Virus record (IMG/VR): IMGVR_UViG_3300025673_000016
Span: 1 to 26,151 of that record
Strand: one strand, 5' to 3'
Source: a virus
Lineage: Duplodnaviria; Caudoviricetes
Length of the DNA: 26,151 bases
Shown here: one piece after another, positions 7,844 through 17,420 of the stretch
Position numbering within the stretch: the first letter of the stretch is position 1
Layout: each line of letters opens with the position of its first letter
Position numbers and translations under genes: made by a program
Notes under the pieces: model-generated
Seen by the model: only the letters and a program-made list of their open reading frames with translations
What the model was told of the DNA's origin: nothing
Databases searched by the model: none

Positions 7844-8476
7844 GGGATATCCGACGTTGGGGGTCTAGTTAAAGCAAAAGCTATGGGATTCGATCCATCT
7901 GCGGTATTTAGGCATGATAGATCTTATCGATATCCTAATCCTGATGAGGGGTCTATTAAGGAAATATTAACAGGGTCTGACAATACCGCGTTCGACGGGA
8001 TATTTGCTGAAAATATCGGAGGTTATCACTCAGGTATGGAGTTATTAGACAATGATTTTATTGTTAAGAATCATGCGACTCACAGTAAATTCAACACGGC
8101 AGTTGATGGCAACCCATTAACGATGAGAAATGTGCTTGATGATGAGTTGGGGATATCTGCATTATCGCCTGGCCAGAAGTCTGAGCTAGAAGACCTTATT
8201 CGCGAGGATGAAGATGATGTGATTTCCTTATGGCAGACTGAATATGAAGGGGTGCCTGTGTGGGTTAATGAACTGTTTGGGACCGATGATCTAGGTGAGA
8301 TATCTTGGGAGCTGCAGAGGTTAAGAGGAAGGGTAGCCAAGGCGCTTGGGTTTGACGCAGTAGATATGTCGGATGAGTTAGGAATATCTACACTGTTATT
8401 GGACGGAAGTGGAGTGAGAAATGTATCAGCGAATTTTAACCCGAAACACGCTGAGTCAAAGGGGTTATTGGAATGA
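7655..8476 (+). CDS. Polyvalent-type cargo protein 2: shared leader + divergent ADP-ribosyltransferase-like (ART-PolyVal-like) domain
   Basis: KAKAMGFD..VFRH, DGIFA, LGFDAV..DELG, VRNVSANFNP...GLL resemble the layout of phage polyvalent ART domains; the match is degenerate. Confidence 0.5.
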   Translation: MTGLLTNSYSQRNPPSLGEAMSGLLGNWGGNIEQGLLSALPVLAENDPYKIGQQLLREGAGVGGISDVGGLVKAKAMGFDPSAVFRHDRSYRYPNPDEGSIKEILTGSDNTAFDGIFAENIGGYHSGMELLDNDFIVKNHATHSKFNTAVDGNPLTMRNVLDDELGISALSPGQKSELEDLIREDEDDVISLWQTEYEGVPVWVNELFGTDDLGEISWELQRLRGRVAKALGFDAVDMSDELGISTLLLDGSGVRNVSANFNPKHAESKGLLE

Positions 8477-8712
8477 GTAAATCAAAACAAACAATCCGCG
8501 ACGAAGGGCAGAAGGCCTTGACCATCGTCGATGATGAACTATTCAACACCGTCGTGGATGAGGTGAAGCATGACCTTTTCCATGAGTGGATGCGAACAGA
8601 AGACACCAAGGAAAGAGAAGCACTGCACGGACTCGCCATCTCGATGGAAGTGATTCTAACGAGATTACGCGCGAAAGCAGATAATTTAACAATTGAAAGG
8701 AACACCCAATGA
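8473..8712 (+). CDS. Small helical head-region protein
   Basis: 79 aa; ATGA overlaps on both sides; sits immediately before the scaffold gene. Confidence 0.7.
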   Translation: MSKSKQTIRDEGQKALTIVDDELFNTVVDEVKHDLFHEWMRTEDTKEREALHGLAISMEVILTRLRAKADNLTIERNTQ

Positions 8713-9734
8713 CAACACCCAACACCCCAGAATCTGGAATTGGATTGTACGACGGAGTCGAACAGATATCTAACTTGGCTGGCTTGATGGACCCAGAGAT
8801 GGACACACCAGAAGAGCAAGTCGAAGCGGTGACCGAAGAGGTATCCGTGACTGACGAAGAGCTGGCTTATGAAGCGAGTGAAGAATCAGTCGAGACGGAG
8901 GAACAAGAACAAGATCTTTCGGCAGAAGAAGAGCAACCTGATATCTACACTGTTCGAGTGAACGGTGAAGATGTTGAGGTCACGTTCGATGAGCTGACGA
9001 AGGGTTACTCTAGGGAATCTGATTACCGACGGAAAACTCAGGAAGTAGCAGAGCAGCGCAAAACTGTCGAGAGACAGATTCAAGAGGCTCAAGCGCAATT
9101 CCAAAAAACACAGCAGATGGAACAGCAGTACGCTGAACTCCTTCCTAAACTTGCACAACAACTACAGGCCGATAACCAACCCGAACCTGATTGGAACGCC
9201 GCATATGAGGCCGATCCCATTGAGGCAACGAAGTTAGAACGCCAGTACCGAGTGCAAAAAGAGGACAGAGCTAAGAAGCTGCAAGCGATCCAATCTGAAC
9301 AGCAACGACTGATGCACGAATCCCAACAGGGTCAACAAGCCCGATATCAACAACACCTTGCAGAGCAAGCGCAGTTGTTGCCGGAATTGATCCCATCGTG
9401 GGCCGATGAAACAGTCAAAGCAACCGAAGTTGAAGCAATGCGAAAGTGGGCAGTGGATAGTGGGAGAGTTAGTCCTGATCAGATTAACCAAATCTCAGAC
9501 GCTGGTCATGTTGCATTACTACATGACGCTTGGAAGTTCGGAATTGGACAGGCGAAGGTGCAATCAAAGCGTAAACCGGCCACATCGAAAAAGGGTCAAG
9601 CAGTTCGCCCCGGATCGAAAGCCGGAACGCCAAACGCACAACGCACTGCTGTGAAGAACGCCGCCGGTAAATTAAAACAGACTGGGAGCTACCGCGATGC
9701 GGCAGATCTCCTAATGAACTTAGACCTAGACTAA
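8709..9734 (+). CDS. Capsid scaffolding protein
   Basis: Acidic N-terminus, YTVRVNGEDVEVTFDELTKGYSRESDYRRKTQ motif, Q-rich coiled coil, directly upstream of MCP. Confidence 0.85.
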   Translation: MTTPNTPESGIGLYDGVEQISNLAGLMDPEMDTPEEQVEAVTEEVSVTDEELAYEASEESVETEEQEQDLSAEEEQPDIYTVRVNGEDVEVTFDELTKGYSRESDYRRKTQEVAEQRKTVERQIQEAQAQFQKTQQMEQQYAELLPKLAQQLQADNQPEPDWNAAYEADPIEATKLERQYRVQKEDRAKKLQAIQSEQQRLMHESQQGQQARYQQHLAEQAQLLPELIPSWADETVKATEVEAMRKWAVDSGRVSPDQINQISDAGHVALLHDAWKFGIGQAKVQSKRKPATSKKGQAVRPGSKAGTPNAQRTAVKNAAGKLKQTGSYRDAADLLMNLDLD

Positions 9735-9746
9735 AGGAATTTAACA

Positions 9747-10697
9747 ATGGCTATCGTAGCAAATACTTTTACTCGTTACTCTTCTGTGGGCATCCGCGAA
9801 GAGCTATCGAATGTAATCAAAAACATCTCACCGGAAGATACTCCATTCCAGAGTAACATCCGTTCTGAGAGCGTAAGCAACACTTACTTTGAGTGGCAAG
9901 AAGATGCACTTTCGGCAGCAGCCGCGAATGCACAATTGGACGGTGACGATATTTCGTCATTCTCTGCGGTCACTCCAACGACTCGCGTAGGTAACTACAC
10001 GCAGATCATGCGTAAAGATTTTGTACTTGCTGATAGCTTAGAGTCTATCGACGCGGCGGGTAGAAAATCAGAATTAAGTTACAACCTCGCAAAAGTTGGG
10101 TCTGAACTTAAACGCGACGTAGAATTTAATCTACTGAGCAATCAGGGTCAGGCTGCTGGATCAACGACTGTTGCTAGAAAATCAAGGGGCTTGCCCGCTT
10201 GGATTTCGACCAACATAAGCAAAGCTAGTGGCGGCGCAAACGCTACGTCTGCAACCGCGGCTAGAACTGACGGTACTCAACGTGCCATGACCGAGGCGAT
10301 GTTGAAAACCGTCGTTCAGTCTATGTGGAATGAGGGCGGCAAACCTTCAATGGTTATGGTTGGCCCACACGTTAAAACTGTTATCTCAGGATTCTCTGGA
10401 ATCGCGGGACAACGCTTTAATGTCGATGGCAACAAGCCAGGTACGATCATCGGTGCTGCTGACATTTACGTTTCTGACTTCGGGAATCTTGAAATTGTAC
10501 CTAACCGTTTCCAACGTGCCAGGGACGCTTTTGTACTTGATCCCGACCTATGTTCGGTTGCGACTTTACGTCCAATCAAACAGGTCAAATTGGCGAAGAC
10601 CGGGGATGCAGAAAAACGCATGGTCATCACTGAGTTGGGCTTGAAAGTAGATACTGAAAAAGGATTAGGCTTGATCGCCGATCTATCAACTTCTTAA
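9747..10697 (+). CDS. Major capsid protein (DUF5309/SU10-type)
   Basis: GIREELSNVIKNISPEDTPF, FEWQEDAL, RVGNYTQI, LAKTGDAEK; strong TAAAGGA RBS. Confidence 0.9.
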   Translation: MAIVANTFTRYSSVGIREELSNVIKNISPEDTPFQSNIRSESVSNTYFEWQEDALSAAAANAQLDGDDISSFSAVTPTTRVGNYTQIMRKDFVLADSLESIDAAGRKSELSYNLAKVGSELKRDVEFNLLSNQGQAAGSTTVARKSRGLPAWISTNISKASGGANATSATAARTDGTQRAMTEAMLKTVVQSMWNEGGKPSMVMVGPHVKTVISGFSGIAGQRFNVDGNKPGTIIGAADIYVSDFGNLEIVPNRFQRARDAFVLDPDLCSVATLRPIKQVKLAKTGDAEKRMVITELGLKVDTEKGLGLIADLSTS

Positions 10698-10706
10698 TTT
10701 AGGAGA

Positions 10707-10740
10707 TGAGGTGTGGTGGGGGAAACCCCACCCCATTTTA
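10707..10740 (+). terminator. GAAA-tetraloop hairpin after MCP (terminator or translation element)
   Basis: GGTGGGG-GAAA-CCCCACC core, extendable to 10707/10740 with one mismatch and G-U pairs. Confidence 0.65.
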
Positions 10741-10743
10741 ATT

Positions 10744-11055
10744 ATGGCTAAACGATTACTAAGCGAAAACAGAATGACCGGCACGAAAACGTATCACGAT
10801 TACGATGCGTCGAGCGATCAGTCCGTCATTACGACATCAGCAGATGTCACAGACATTATTGAGTCGAACAAATCACAGTTCAACGATACAGACGAGCGGG
10901 CGAGATACGGCGACATGAGTAAGGTCGCAAGCATCCCGATGAACGTCTATTTCGACTTGAAGAAGAAAGGGATTCTGAACGATCAGAAGAAAATGAAGGC
11001 ATGGTTGAACGATCCCGATAACCGCTATTTTAGAACCCGACCAGGCAGAGTCTAA
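10744..11055 (+). CDS. Conserved-type phage protein following MCP
   Basis: KVASIP...WLNDPDNRYFRT motif; ATG 10744 preferred, GTG 10711 alternative. Confidence 0.75.
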   Translation: MAKRLLSENRMTGTKTYHDYDASSDQSVITTSADVTDIIESNKSQFNDTDERARYGDMSKVASIPMNVYFDLKKKGILNDQKKMKAWLNDPDNRYFRTRPGRV

Positions 11056-11672
11056 TGGCAATAACGAATTATGGGCAACTGAAAACAGCCGTCGCAGATT
11101 GGCTAAACCGCGACGACCTTACTTCAGTTATTCCGACCTTTATAGACCTCGCTCATGCGAAGTTGAACAGACGGTTAAGAGTGCGTGAAATGATCCAGCG
11201 CTCAACGGCAAACGTCACTTCGCAGTACACGAAACTCCCCGGTGGATTTCTGTCGATGCGAAACATTCAACTGAATGTCAGCACACCGAAGTCGCTTGAG
11301 TTTCTGAGTGTCGAGCAGATGGACCAAGAACGAGCGTTAGGTAATGTTGCGCGGGAACCGGTTTACTACACGATAATTGGTGACACTATAGAAGTGTTTC
11401 CGTCACCCGACGCGACTTACGAAATTGAGTTAGCTTATTACAAAACGCTACCAGCACTCAGTGCTGATGCCGATACGAACTGGCTCTTGACCAAGGCTCC
11501 AGATTCTTACCTTTATGGCGCTCTGCTCCAAGCTGCACCCTATTTGAAAGACACCGCAGAAACCTCGCTCTGGCTCCAGGCTCATGACATGGTTGTCGGC
11601 GAACTGGAGACAGATAACGAGAAAGCGCTTTACGGTGGCTCGACATTGAAAGCCAGACACAGGACTTTCTAG
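11055..11672 (+). CDS. Head-tail adaptor / tail tubular protein A-like
   Basis: MAITNYGQLKTAVADWLNRDDL...NWLLTKAPDSYLYGALLQAAPYL; position after the capsid genes. Confidence 0.8.
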   Translation: MAITNYGQLKTAVADWLNRDDLTSVIPTFIDLAHAKLNRRLRVREMIQRSTANVTSQYTKLPGGFLSMRNIQLNVSTPKSLEFLSVEQMDQERALGNVAREPVYYTIIGDTIEVFPSPDATYEIELAYYKTLPALSADADTNWLLTKAPDSYLYGALLQAAPYLKDTAETSLWLQAHDMVVGELETDNEKALYGGSTLKARHRTF

Positions 11673-12254
11673 ATGACGACCTGGGCAATCGACGGCAACT
11701 CATGGGACGGTGACCAGACTAACTGGGACACGGCACCGATATTAGGTTTCGACATCGATACCTGGGATAGTTCGGTGGGGACTTGGGCTGCGGATGTCAC
11801 GACCTGGGATTTTAATATCTTGTCGATGTCCTCGTCAGTAGTAGCGTCAGCGCAGCAAGCGATGGCCAACGCTACCTCGATCAGCACACCCAGCACCATT
11901 AGCACAGATGGCGCGGGACGGTTTACTGAAACGACCAGCGTCAGCGCTACCAGCGCAATTACTGGGGCGGCGGCGCATCAGATGGCCGAGTCAGTCGGCG
12001 TTAGCGCGGGAGCCACAACCACAGCGGTACAGCAGATGACTTTGGTTGGCGCGGCTACTGTTGAGGGTTCAGCCTCTCTAGATACTGTTTGCAACGGCGT
12101 ATATGTGTCAGGCATTAACTTGAATGGTACGGTCACGCTGGTAGTCGACGCGCGACTATTTTGGGAACACAGCACCACCGACGACAGCACCTGGACTGAA
12201 TCAACAGACGCAACAACTGCATGGGCTGACAAGTCCGACGACACAAAACCTTAG
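11673..12254 (+). CDS. Virion structural protein with periodic Trp repeats
   Basis: W at 7-aa spacing near the N-terminus and 10-aa spacing near the C-terminus; A/S/T-rich middle. Confidence 0.7.
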   Translation: MTTWAIDGNSWDGDQTNWDTAPILGFDIDTWDSSVGTWAADVTTWDFNILSMSSSVVASAQQAMANATSISTPSTISTDGAGRFTETTSVSATSAITGAAAHQMAESVGVSAGATTTAVQQMTLVGAATVEGSASLDTVCNGVYVSGINLNGTVTLVVDARLFWEHSTTDDSTWTESTDATTAWADKSDDTKP

Positions 12255-12266
12255 AAGGAAAATGAA

Positions 12267-12749
12267 ATGAAATTGATTGAAGAATTTGGATTTAACAACT
12301 TATACAAGGTGATATGTCGCGGCGCTGATGGTGAAGTTAAGTGGGTCGAAGAGCAGCCTAATTTAGTGACAACCGAGGGCAAGAATCATCTGCTTAACAC
12401 TGGGTTTCACGCTGGGACGGCAGTGACTACCTGGTACATTGGATTGAAGGCTACGGGTACGGCAGTTGCTGCCGACACACTGGCATCACACGCAAGCTGG
12501 GCAGAGTCAACAGGTTACTCCGGTACGCGCAAAGAGTGGACCGAGGGGGCAGCCAGCAGCGGATCAATCACTAATGCAAGCAGCGTCGATTACGCTATCA
12601 ACGCAACGGCAACGGTTGCCGGAGTGTTTTTAGCCAGCGCTACGTCCGGTACGACCGGTACGCTGTTTGGCGCTGCGGATTTTAGTGCAGCTCGTAATGT
12701 GATCTCCGGCGATACGCTGCAAATCACGCTAACCGTGACAATCAGCTAG
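12267..12749 (+). CDS. Virion structural protein (beta-rich, tail associated)
   Basis: KWVEEQPNLVTTEG...WYIGL...GDTLQITLT; AAGGA RBS. Confidence 0.7.
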   Translation: MKLIEEFGFNNLYKVICRGADGEVKWVEEQPNLVTTEGKNHLLNTGFHAGTAVTTWYIGLKATGTAVAADTLASHASWAESTGYSGTRKEWTEGAASSGSITNASSVDYAINATATVAGVFLASATSGTTGTLFGAADFSAARNVISGDTLQITLTVTIS

Positions 12750-12759
12750 GGAGACTATT

Positions 12760-14604
12760 ATGGGTTTAGAAACATTTACCTACGTCGATAGCCTCAACAC
12801 ATCGAACCCGACATCAAGTGACCCGAAGTCAGAGGGTGACGACCATCTGCGTGGGATAAAGACCGCAGTCAAAAACACGTTTCCGAACGTCACCGGTGCT
12901 GTGAATCCGACGCACACCGAGCTTAATTATGTGGACGGAGTAACCTCAGCGATTCAGACTCAGATCGACAGCAAACAAGCCAGTGATGCTGACCTGACAA
13001 CCCTAGCTACCAACGGCATTGGCACATCGGCTAATCAAATTGTTCAGCTCGATGGGTCGGCACAATTACCTGCGGTATCGGGTGCGTTGCTGACGAATCT
13101 TCCAGCTGCTGGAGGAACAATAACAGCAGTGGCTTCAGGTGCTTTGGCGAATGGTGATACTGTTATTCTCAAATCTGATGGCAAAGTTGAGGTTGTAGCA
13201 AGTACGAGTTATTCTGAGAGTATTCCAACTGGGTCAGAAACCCAATTTCATAATGGAATGTTCAATTACTTTTCGTCTGCGTCCGACCCACTTGACTCAA
13301 CGAAATTCGTTCTAGCTTTTCAGAATACTGTTGCTGGCAGTAATCAATATTATATGGGTGTTTTGGTAGGAACTGTATCTGGTACGACTTTGACGTTTGG
13401 CACAACCTATTATTTGTCAGAATATAACGCCAAAACACCTAGCGTTGCATATGACCCGAATACATCTGGGAAAATAATAATTGCCTATCGTGGAGATGCC
13501 GCACCAAATGCCGACGATGTGCGAGTGCTTGCCGCAACTGTGTCAGGTTCAACATTATCGTTTGGCTCAGTGTATAGCCCTACGGGGACAACCAATGGAT
13601 ATGACCCTAAAGTTGCTTTCGACCCAAATACTACAGGCTCTTTCGCAATCGCTTTTCGGGATGAGAATCATTATGGCACTGTGGTTGCTGGGACTATCTC
13701 TGGCACGACTTTGACGTTTGGCACAGCAACAGATTTCACAACATACGCAGTTAATTATTATTTGAATTACCCCTATAATACCCAAACTATAGCTATCCAG
13801 TTTGACCCTAATAATGTTGGCAAGTTTGCTGTCGCCTATAGTAAAGCGTCAAATGGCTACGGCTACAGCATCATTGGCACTGTGTCGGGAACAACTGTTA
13901 CCTACGGTTCTGAAACCGCTTTCAATTCTGCGGCTTGTGGGAATCTGTCGTTGTCGATGATAAAGAAAAAAGACTCTGATTTTGCTATCTGCTATCAAGA
14001 CACTTCTCGCCTTTCACACACCCGTATAATTAATAGTTCAGCGACTAGCATCGATACCGTTGCGTCTGCTGTTGCAACAGCAACGACAGGCTCTCACTCA
14101 CGCTCTCCAGAAATGGTCTTTGATGAAAATTCTTATAAATGTATCATCTACTATATCAACGGTAGTGATTCAGTCATAGTTGTGGGAGAAGTTAGCAGTT
14201 CTTCAAATACATTGACATTCGGGACACCTGTCAACATCGATACAGCAAATAACGAGGATGCTCACGCACTTAACTTTTTAGGCGGACTGGAGGAATTTGG
14301 CAAGTTTTTCATTGCATATAGAGATGGAACTAGCAACGATGGTCAGTGTCGTTTAGGTCAAATAGCAACCACTTACAACAACCTCACAGCAGACAATTTC
14401 ATTGGCATAGCAGATGCCGCATACGCAGATACAGCAACAGCAACTATTCAAGTCGTGGGGGCAACGGATGATGCCCAATCAGGATTGACGGTTGGCTCAA
14501 AACACTATGTTCAAAATGATGGGTCACTTTCCACAACTGCCGCTTCACCGTCCGTATATGCCGGACTTGCACTTTCTGCTACTAGCTTACTAATCAAAGG
14601 ATAA
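12760..14604 (+). CDS. Tail fibre / receptor-binding protein with propeller-like repeats
   Basis: N-terminal anchor MGLETFTY...EGDDHLRGIKTAVKNTFPN (podovirus fibre type); repeated GT(V/I)SGTTLTFGT units. Confidence 0.8.
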   Translation: MGLETFTYVDSLNTSNPTSSDPKSEGDDHLRGIKTAVKNTFPNVTGAVNPTHTELNYVDGVTSAIQTQIDSKQASDADLTTLATNGIGTSANQIVQLDGSAQLPAVSGALLTNLPAAGGTITAVASGALANGDTVILKSDGKVEVVASTSYSESIPTGSETQFHNGMFNYFSSASDPLDSTKFVLAFQNTVAGSNQYYMGVLVGTVSGTTLTFGTTYYLSEYNAKTPSVAYDPNTSGKIIIAYRGDAAPNADDVRVLAATVSGSTLSFGSVYSPTGTTNGYDPKVAFDPNTTGSFAIAFRDENHYGTVVAGTISGTTLTFGTATDFTTYAVNYYLNYPYNTQTIAIQFDPNNVGKFAVAYSKASNGYGYSIIGTVSGTTVTYGSETAFNSAACGNLSLSMIKKKDSDFAICYQDTSRLSHTRIINSSATSIDTVASAVATATTGSHSRSPEMVFDENSYKCIIYYINGSDSVIVVGEVSSSSNTLTFGTPVNIDTANNEDAHALNFLGGLEEFGKFFIAYRDGTSNDGQCRLGQIATTYNNLTADNFIGIADAAYADTATATIQVVGATDDAQSGLTVGSKHYVQNDGSLSTTAASPSVYAGLALSATSLLIKG

Positions 14605-14607
14605 CAA

Positions 14608-14892
14608 ATGAAAACAATACTATTTAACGACTCGAATATATCTGCATATCAATTTGATGATGCAACTGCAATCACAATGTCATCAGAGAATATCACCACA
14701 CCTGATTTCATAATTGGCGACCTAAACAACACCAATTCAACGCTTGTTGAAAACGTCACCCCACCAGATGATTGGCAGGGTGGAAGATACACTTTTGCAG
14801 GTGGGACATGGACTCAGGTCGTGGGTTGGGTTGACCCAAAGCAACAAGAAATCGAACGTCTTGAAGCTGAGTTGGCGGCGCTGAAAGCGTAG
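14608..14892 (+). CDS. Putative tail fibre assembly/chaperone-like protein
   Basis: 94 aa directly after the fibre; PDDWQGGRYTF..GTW motif and C-terminal coiled coil. Confidence 0.6.
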   Translation: MKTILFNDSNISAYQFDDATAITMSSENITTPDFIIGDLNNTNSTLVENVTPPDDWQGGRYTFAGGTWTQVVGWVDPKQQEIERLEAELAALKA

Positions 14893-14922
14893 ACCGTATT
14901 TAAGGATTAAAAAGGTAACGAA

Positions 14923-15933
14923 ATGGCAGATACTACGACAACGAACTATGCGCTCACGAAGCCAGAGGTTGGGGCATCGAGCGACTCATGGGGTGGCAAG
15001 ATAAATACAGACCTCGATACTATCGATACCACCATCAAGTCGGTATCTGATGTGGCGAATGCCGCAGCAGTCAAGGCCAGTAATCTGTCGGACCTAGCAA
15101 GCGCTCCTACGGCGCTGACTAACTTGGGATTAACAGCGACAGCGGCAGAATTGAATCGGTCTGACATCACCACCGAAGGCACGGTGGAGGTATCTAAAGT
15201 GGTCACAGCAGATGCCTCTGGCAATATCACTGTACCGGCGACAAAGACAATCGACGGGAGAGACATATCGGTTGATGGTGCAAAGCTCGATACTGTTGCT
15301 ACGAACGCTAATAACTATGCGCTTCCAGCGGCGACAGCATCTGTGCTTGGTGGTGTGTCTGTCGGCGGCGGTTTAGCTGTCACGGCGGGTGGCGCACTGT
15401 CAGCGGAGGACATTACCCCGGCGATGTTGGATAGTGCATTTCAACTCAGCACGTCAGGATCCATAGCCAGTTCAGCGATGCCATCTGGATCGATACTAGT
15501 ATCGAGTAGGGCGTGTTTATGGGAGGGATCAAACGGTACTCCCGCCAACGGAGTTTTCGATGCACCAACTGCGGCGCGACAATCGTACAGCATCACCCCC
15601 AGCGCCGCTGACCAGTTCAATCTCAGCAGCGGAACATTTTTGAGCATGTATTTGGAATTTGAGTGCGTTAATGCTGAAGATGGTTTTGCGGTGGGCGATG
15701 TTATCGCGAGAGATACAGCCAGCGTTAATGGCAGCGACAACGAGCAATGGCCGATATGGCATAATCATGGGGGCGATTTTAGCCACACTGATATGAGAAT
15801 TAATTTTAACATCGGCGACAGTTACTCCAACTATCTTTTTCATCTGTACACACAGCCTGGGGGCAGTGCTAGTGCCGCTTGGTATCAATTTAGCAATTTC
15901 GCGTTGTATGCTCGGCTATATTACACACCGTAA
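14923..15933 (+). CDS. Second tail fibre protein
   Basis: [28 protein letters not shown] anchor; LSDLAS...TNLGL and [14 protein letters not shown] fibre motifs. Confidence 0.75.
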   Translation: MADTTTTNYALTKPEVGASSDSWGGKINTDLDTIDTTIKSVSDVANAAAVKASNLSDLASAPTALTNLGLTATAAELNRSDITTEGTVEVSKVVTADASGNITVPATKTIDGRDISVDGAKLDTVATNANNYALPAATASVLGGVSVGGGLAVTAGGALSAEDITPAMLDSAFQLSTSGSIASSAMPSGSILVSSRACLWEGSNGTPANGVFDAPTAARQSYSITPSAADQFNLSSGTFLSMYLEFECVNAEDGFAVGDVIARDTASVNGSDNEQWPIWHNHGGDFSHTDMRINFNIGDSYSNYLFHLYTQPGGSASAAWYQFSNFALYARLYYTP

Positions 15934-15944
15934 GGGGATTAAAA

Positions 15945-17420
15945 ATGCCAATCCTACCAATAAAAATCCCACCTGGCGTTTACAAAAACGGCACCGAGTA
16001 TCAGTCGAAAGGACGTTGGTCCGATGCTGATTTAGTACGCTGGCACGAAGGTGCGATGCGTCCAATCGGCGGTTGGAGACAACACACCACCACTGCCTTC
16101 AGCGACAAGGCCAGAGCGATGTTAGCGTGGGGCGACAACTCCGGTGACCGGAAAATAACTATTGGCACGGCATCTAGCCTGTATGCTTTGGGGGAAGGTA
16201 CAACTTTATATAACATCACACCGACAGGGCTTACAGCTGGCAGCGTTGATGCCTTCAAAGCGACCGGTTATGGATCGCAACTTTATGGCAAACACAACTA
16301 CGGAACAACGCGACCTGATACGGCAACGTACCAACCCGCGACAACGTGGTCACTGGACAACTGGGGAGAGAACCTCGTCGCCTGTTCGACCTCCGATGGC
16401 AAGATCTACGAGTGGTCGCTAGTGTTCGCTACTGTGGCCGCTACGGTAGCCAACGCACCCGTAAGTAATCAGGGCATCGTCGTGACCTCGGAACGATTTC
16501 TGTTTGCGCTAGGCGCTGGTGGTAACAATCGTAAAATACAGTGGTCAGACCAAGAAGACAACACAACGTGGACACCCAGTGCTACGAATCAGGCGGGTGA
16601 CGTTGATCTCATCACCGATGGAGAAATTCGGTGTGGCGCGAGAGTAAGAGGGCAGACTTTAATACTGACCACAACTGACGCTCATGCAGCGACCTATCAG
16701 GGCGCTCCCTATGTCTATGGTTTTGAGAAAGTGGGATCGGCTTGTGGAATCATTGGACCAAAGGCGCTGGCGACGGTAGACACCTTTGCGGTTTGGATGG
16801 GGAATAGCTCATTCTTCGTGTACGATGGATATGTGAAAGCGTTAGATTGTGATGTGGCAGATTTCGTGTTCAACAATATCAATGTCGATCAACGCGCGAA
16901 GATCTACGGATTACTAATCAGTCAATTTAATGAGGTATGGTGGTTTTACCCATCCGCCGGGTCCACTGAGTGCGACAGTTATGTGAGCTGGGACTGGGTT
17001 GAAAATCACTGGAATGTCGGTAGTCTAGCCCGCACCGCTGGCGTTGATAGTTCTGTTTTCAGATCGCCATTTTTAGCTGGCACTGACGGTTATATGTATG
17101 AGCATGAAACTGGATTTACATACGATTCCAGAACCCCATACGCGGAATCTGGACCCTTAGAAATTGGTAGCGGCGAGAACGTGATGAACGTCACCGGTAT
17201 GATTCCAGACGAGGCTAATTTAGGTGATGTCCAGGCTAAATTTAAAACACGATTCCACCCAACTGATACGGAACGTACCTACGGACCATACTCAATGACC
17301 AACCCAACATCGGTGAGATTTACTGGTCGACAAGTGAAGATGCGTGTTGAGTCAGCGAAGAACACCGACTGGCGTGTGGGTGATATGCGACTCGAAGGCA
17401 AGGTGGGAGGTCGTCGATGA
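15945..17420 (+). CDS. Tail nozzle / packaged-DNA stabilisation protein (P22 gp10 / tubular protein B-like)
   Basis: 491-aa beta-rich, W-rich protein; IQWSDQED...W, CGIIGP, EVWWFYPS; position before the ejection genes. Confidence 0.8.
   Translation: MPILPIKIPPGVYKNGTEYQSKGRWSDADLVRWHEGAMRPIGGWRQHTTTAFSDKARAMLAWGDNSGDRKITIGTASSLYALGEGTTLYNITPTGLTAGSVDAFKATGYGSQLYGKHNYGTTRPDTATYQPATTWSLDNWGENLVACSTSDGKIYEWSLVFATVAATVANAPVSNQGIVVTSERFLFALGAGGNNRKIQWSDQEDNTTWTPSATNQAGDVDLITDGEIRCGARVRGQTLILTTTDAHAATYQGAPYVYGFEKVGSACGIIGPKALATVDTFAVWMGNSSFFVYDGYVKALDCDVADFVFNNINVDQRAKIYGLLISQFNEVWWFYPSAGSTECDSYVSWDWVENHWNVGSLARTAGVDSSVFRSPFLAGTDGYMYEHETGFTYDSRTPYAESGPLEIGSGENVMNVTGMIPDEANLGDVQAKFKTRFHPTDTERTYGPYSMTNPTSVRFTGRQVKMRVESAKNTDWRVGDMRLEGKVGGRR

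Noticed and set aside
8473-8712. Immunity protein for the cargo enzymes
   Set aside because: Its size, helical character and position before the scaffold fit the small head gene usual in this gene order; not excluded without a search.
13384-13725. Diversity-generating retroelement TR/VR pair
   Set aside because: The repeat is short and internal to propeller-like units, shows no adenine-specific pattern, and no reverse transcriptase is in the window.
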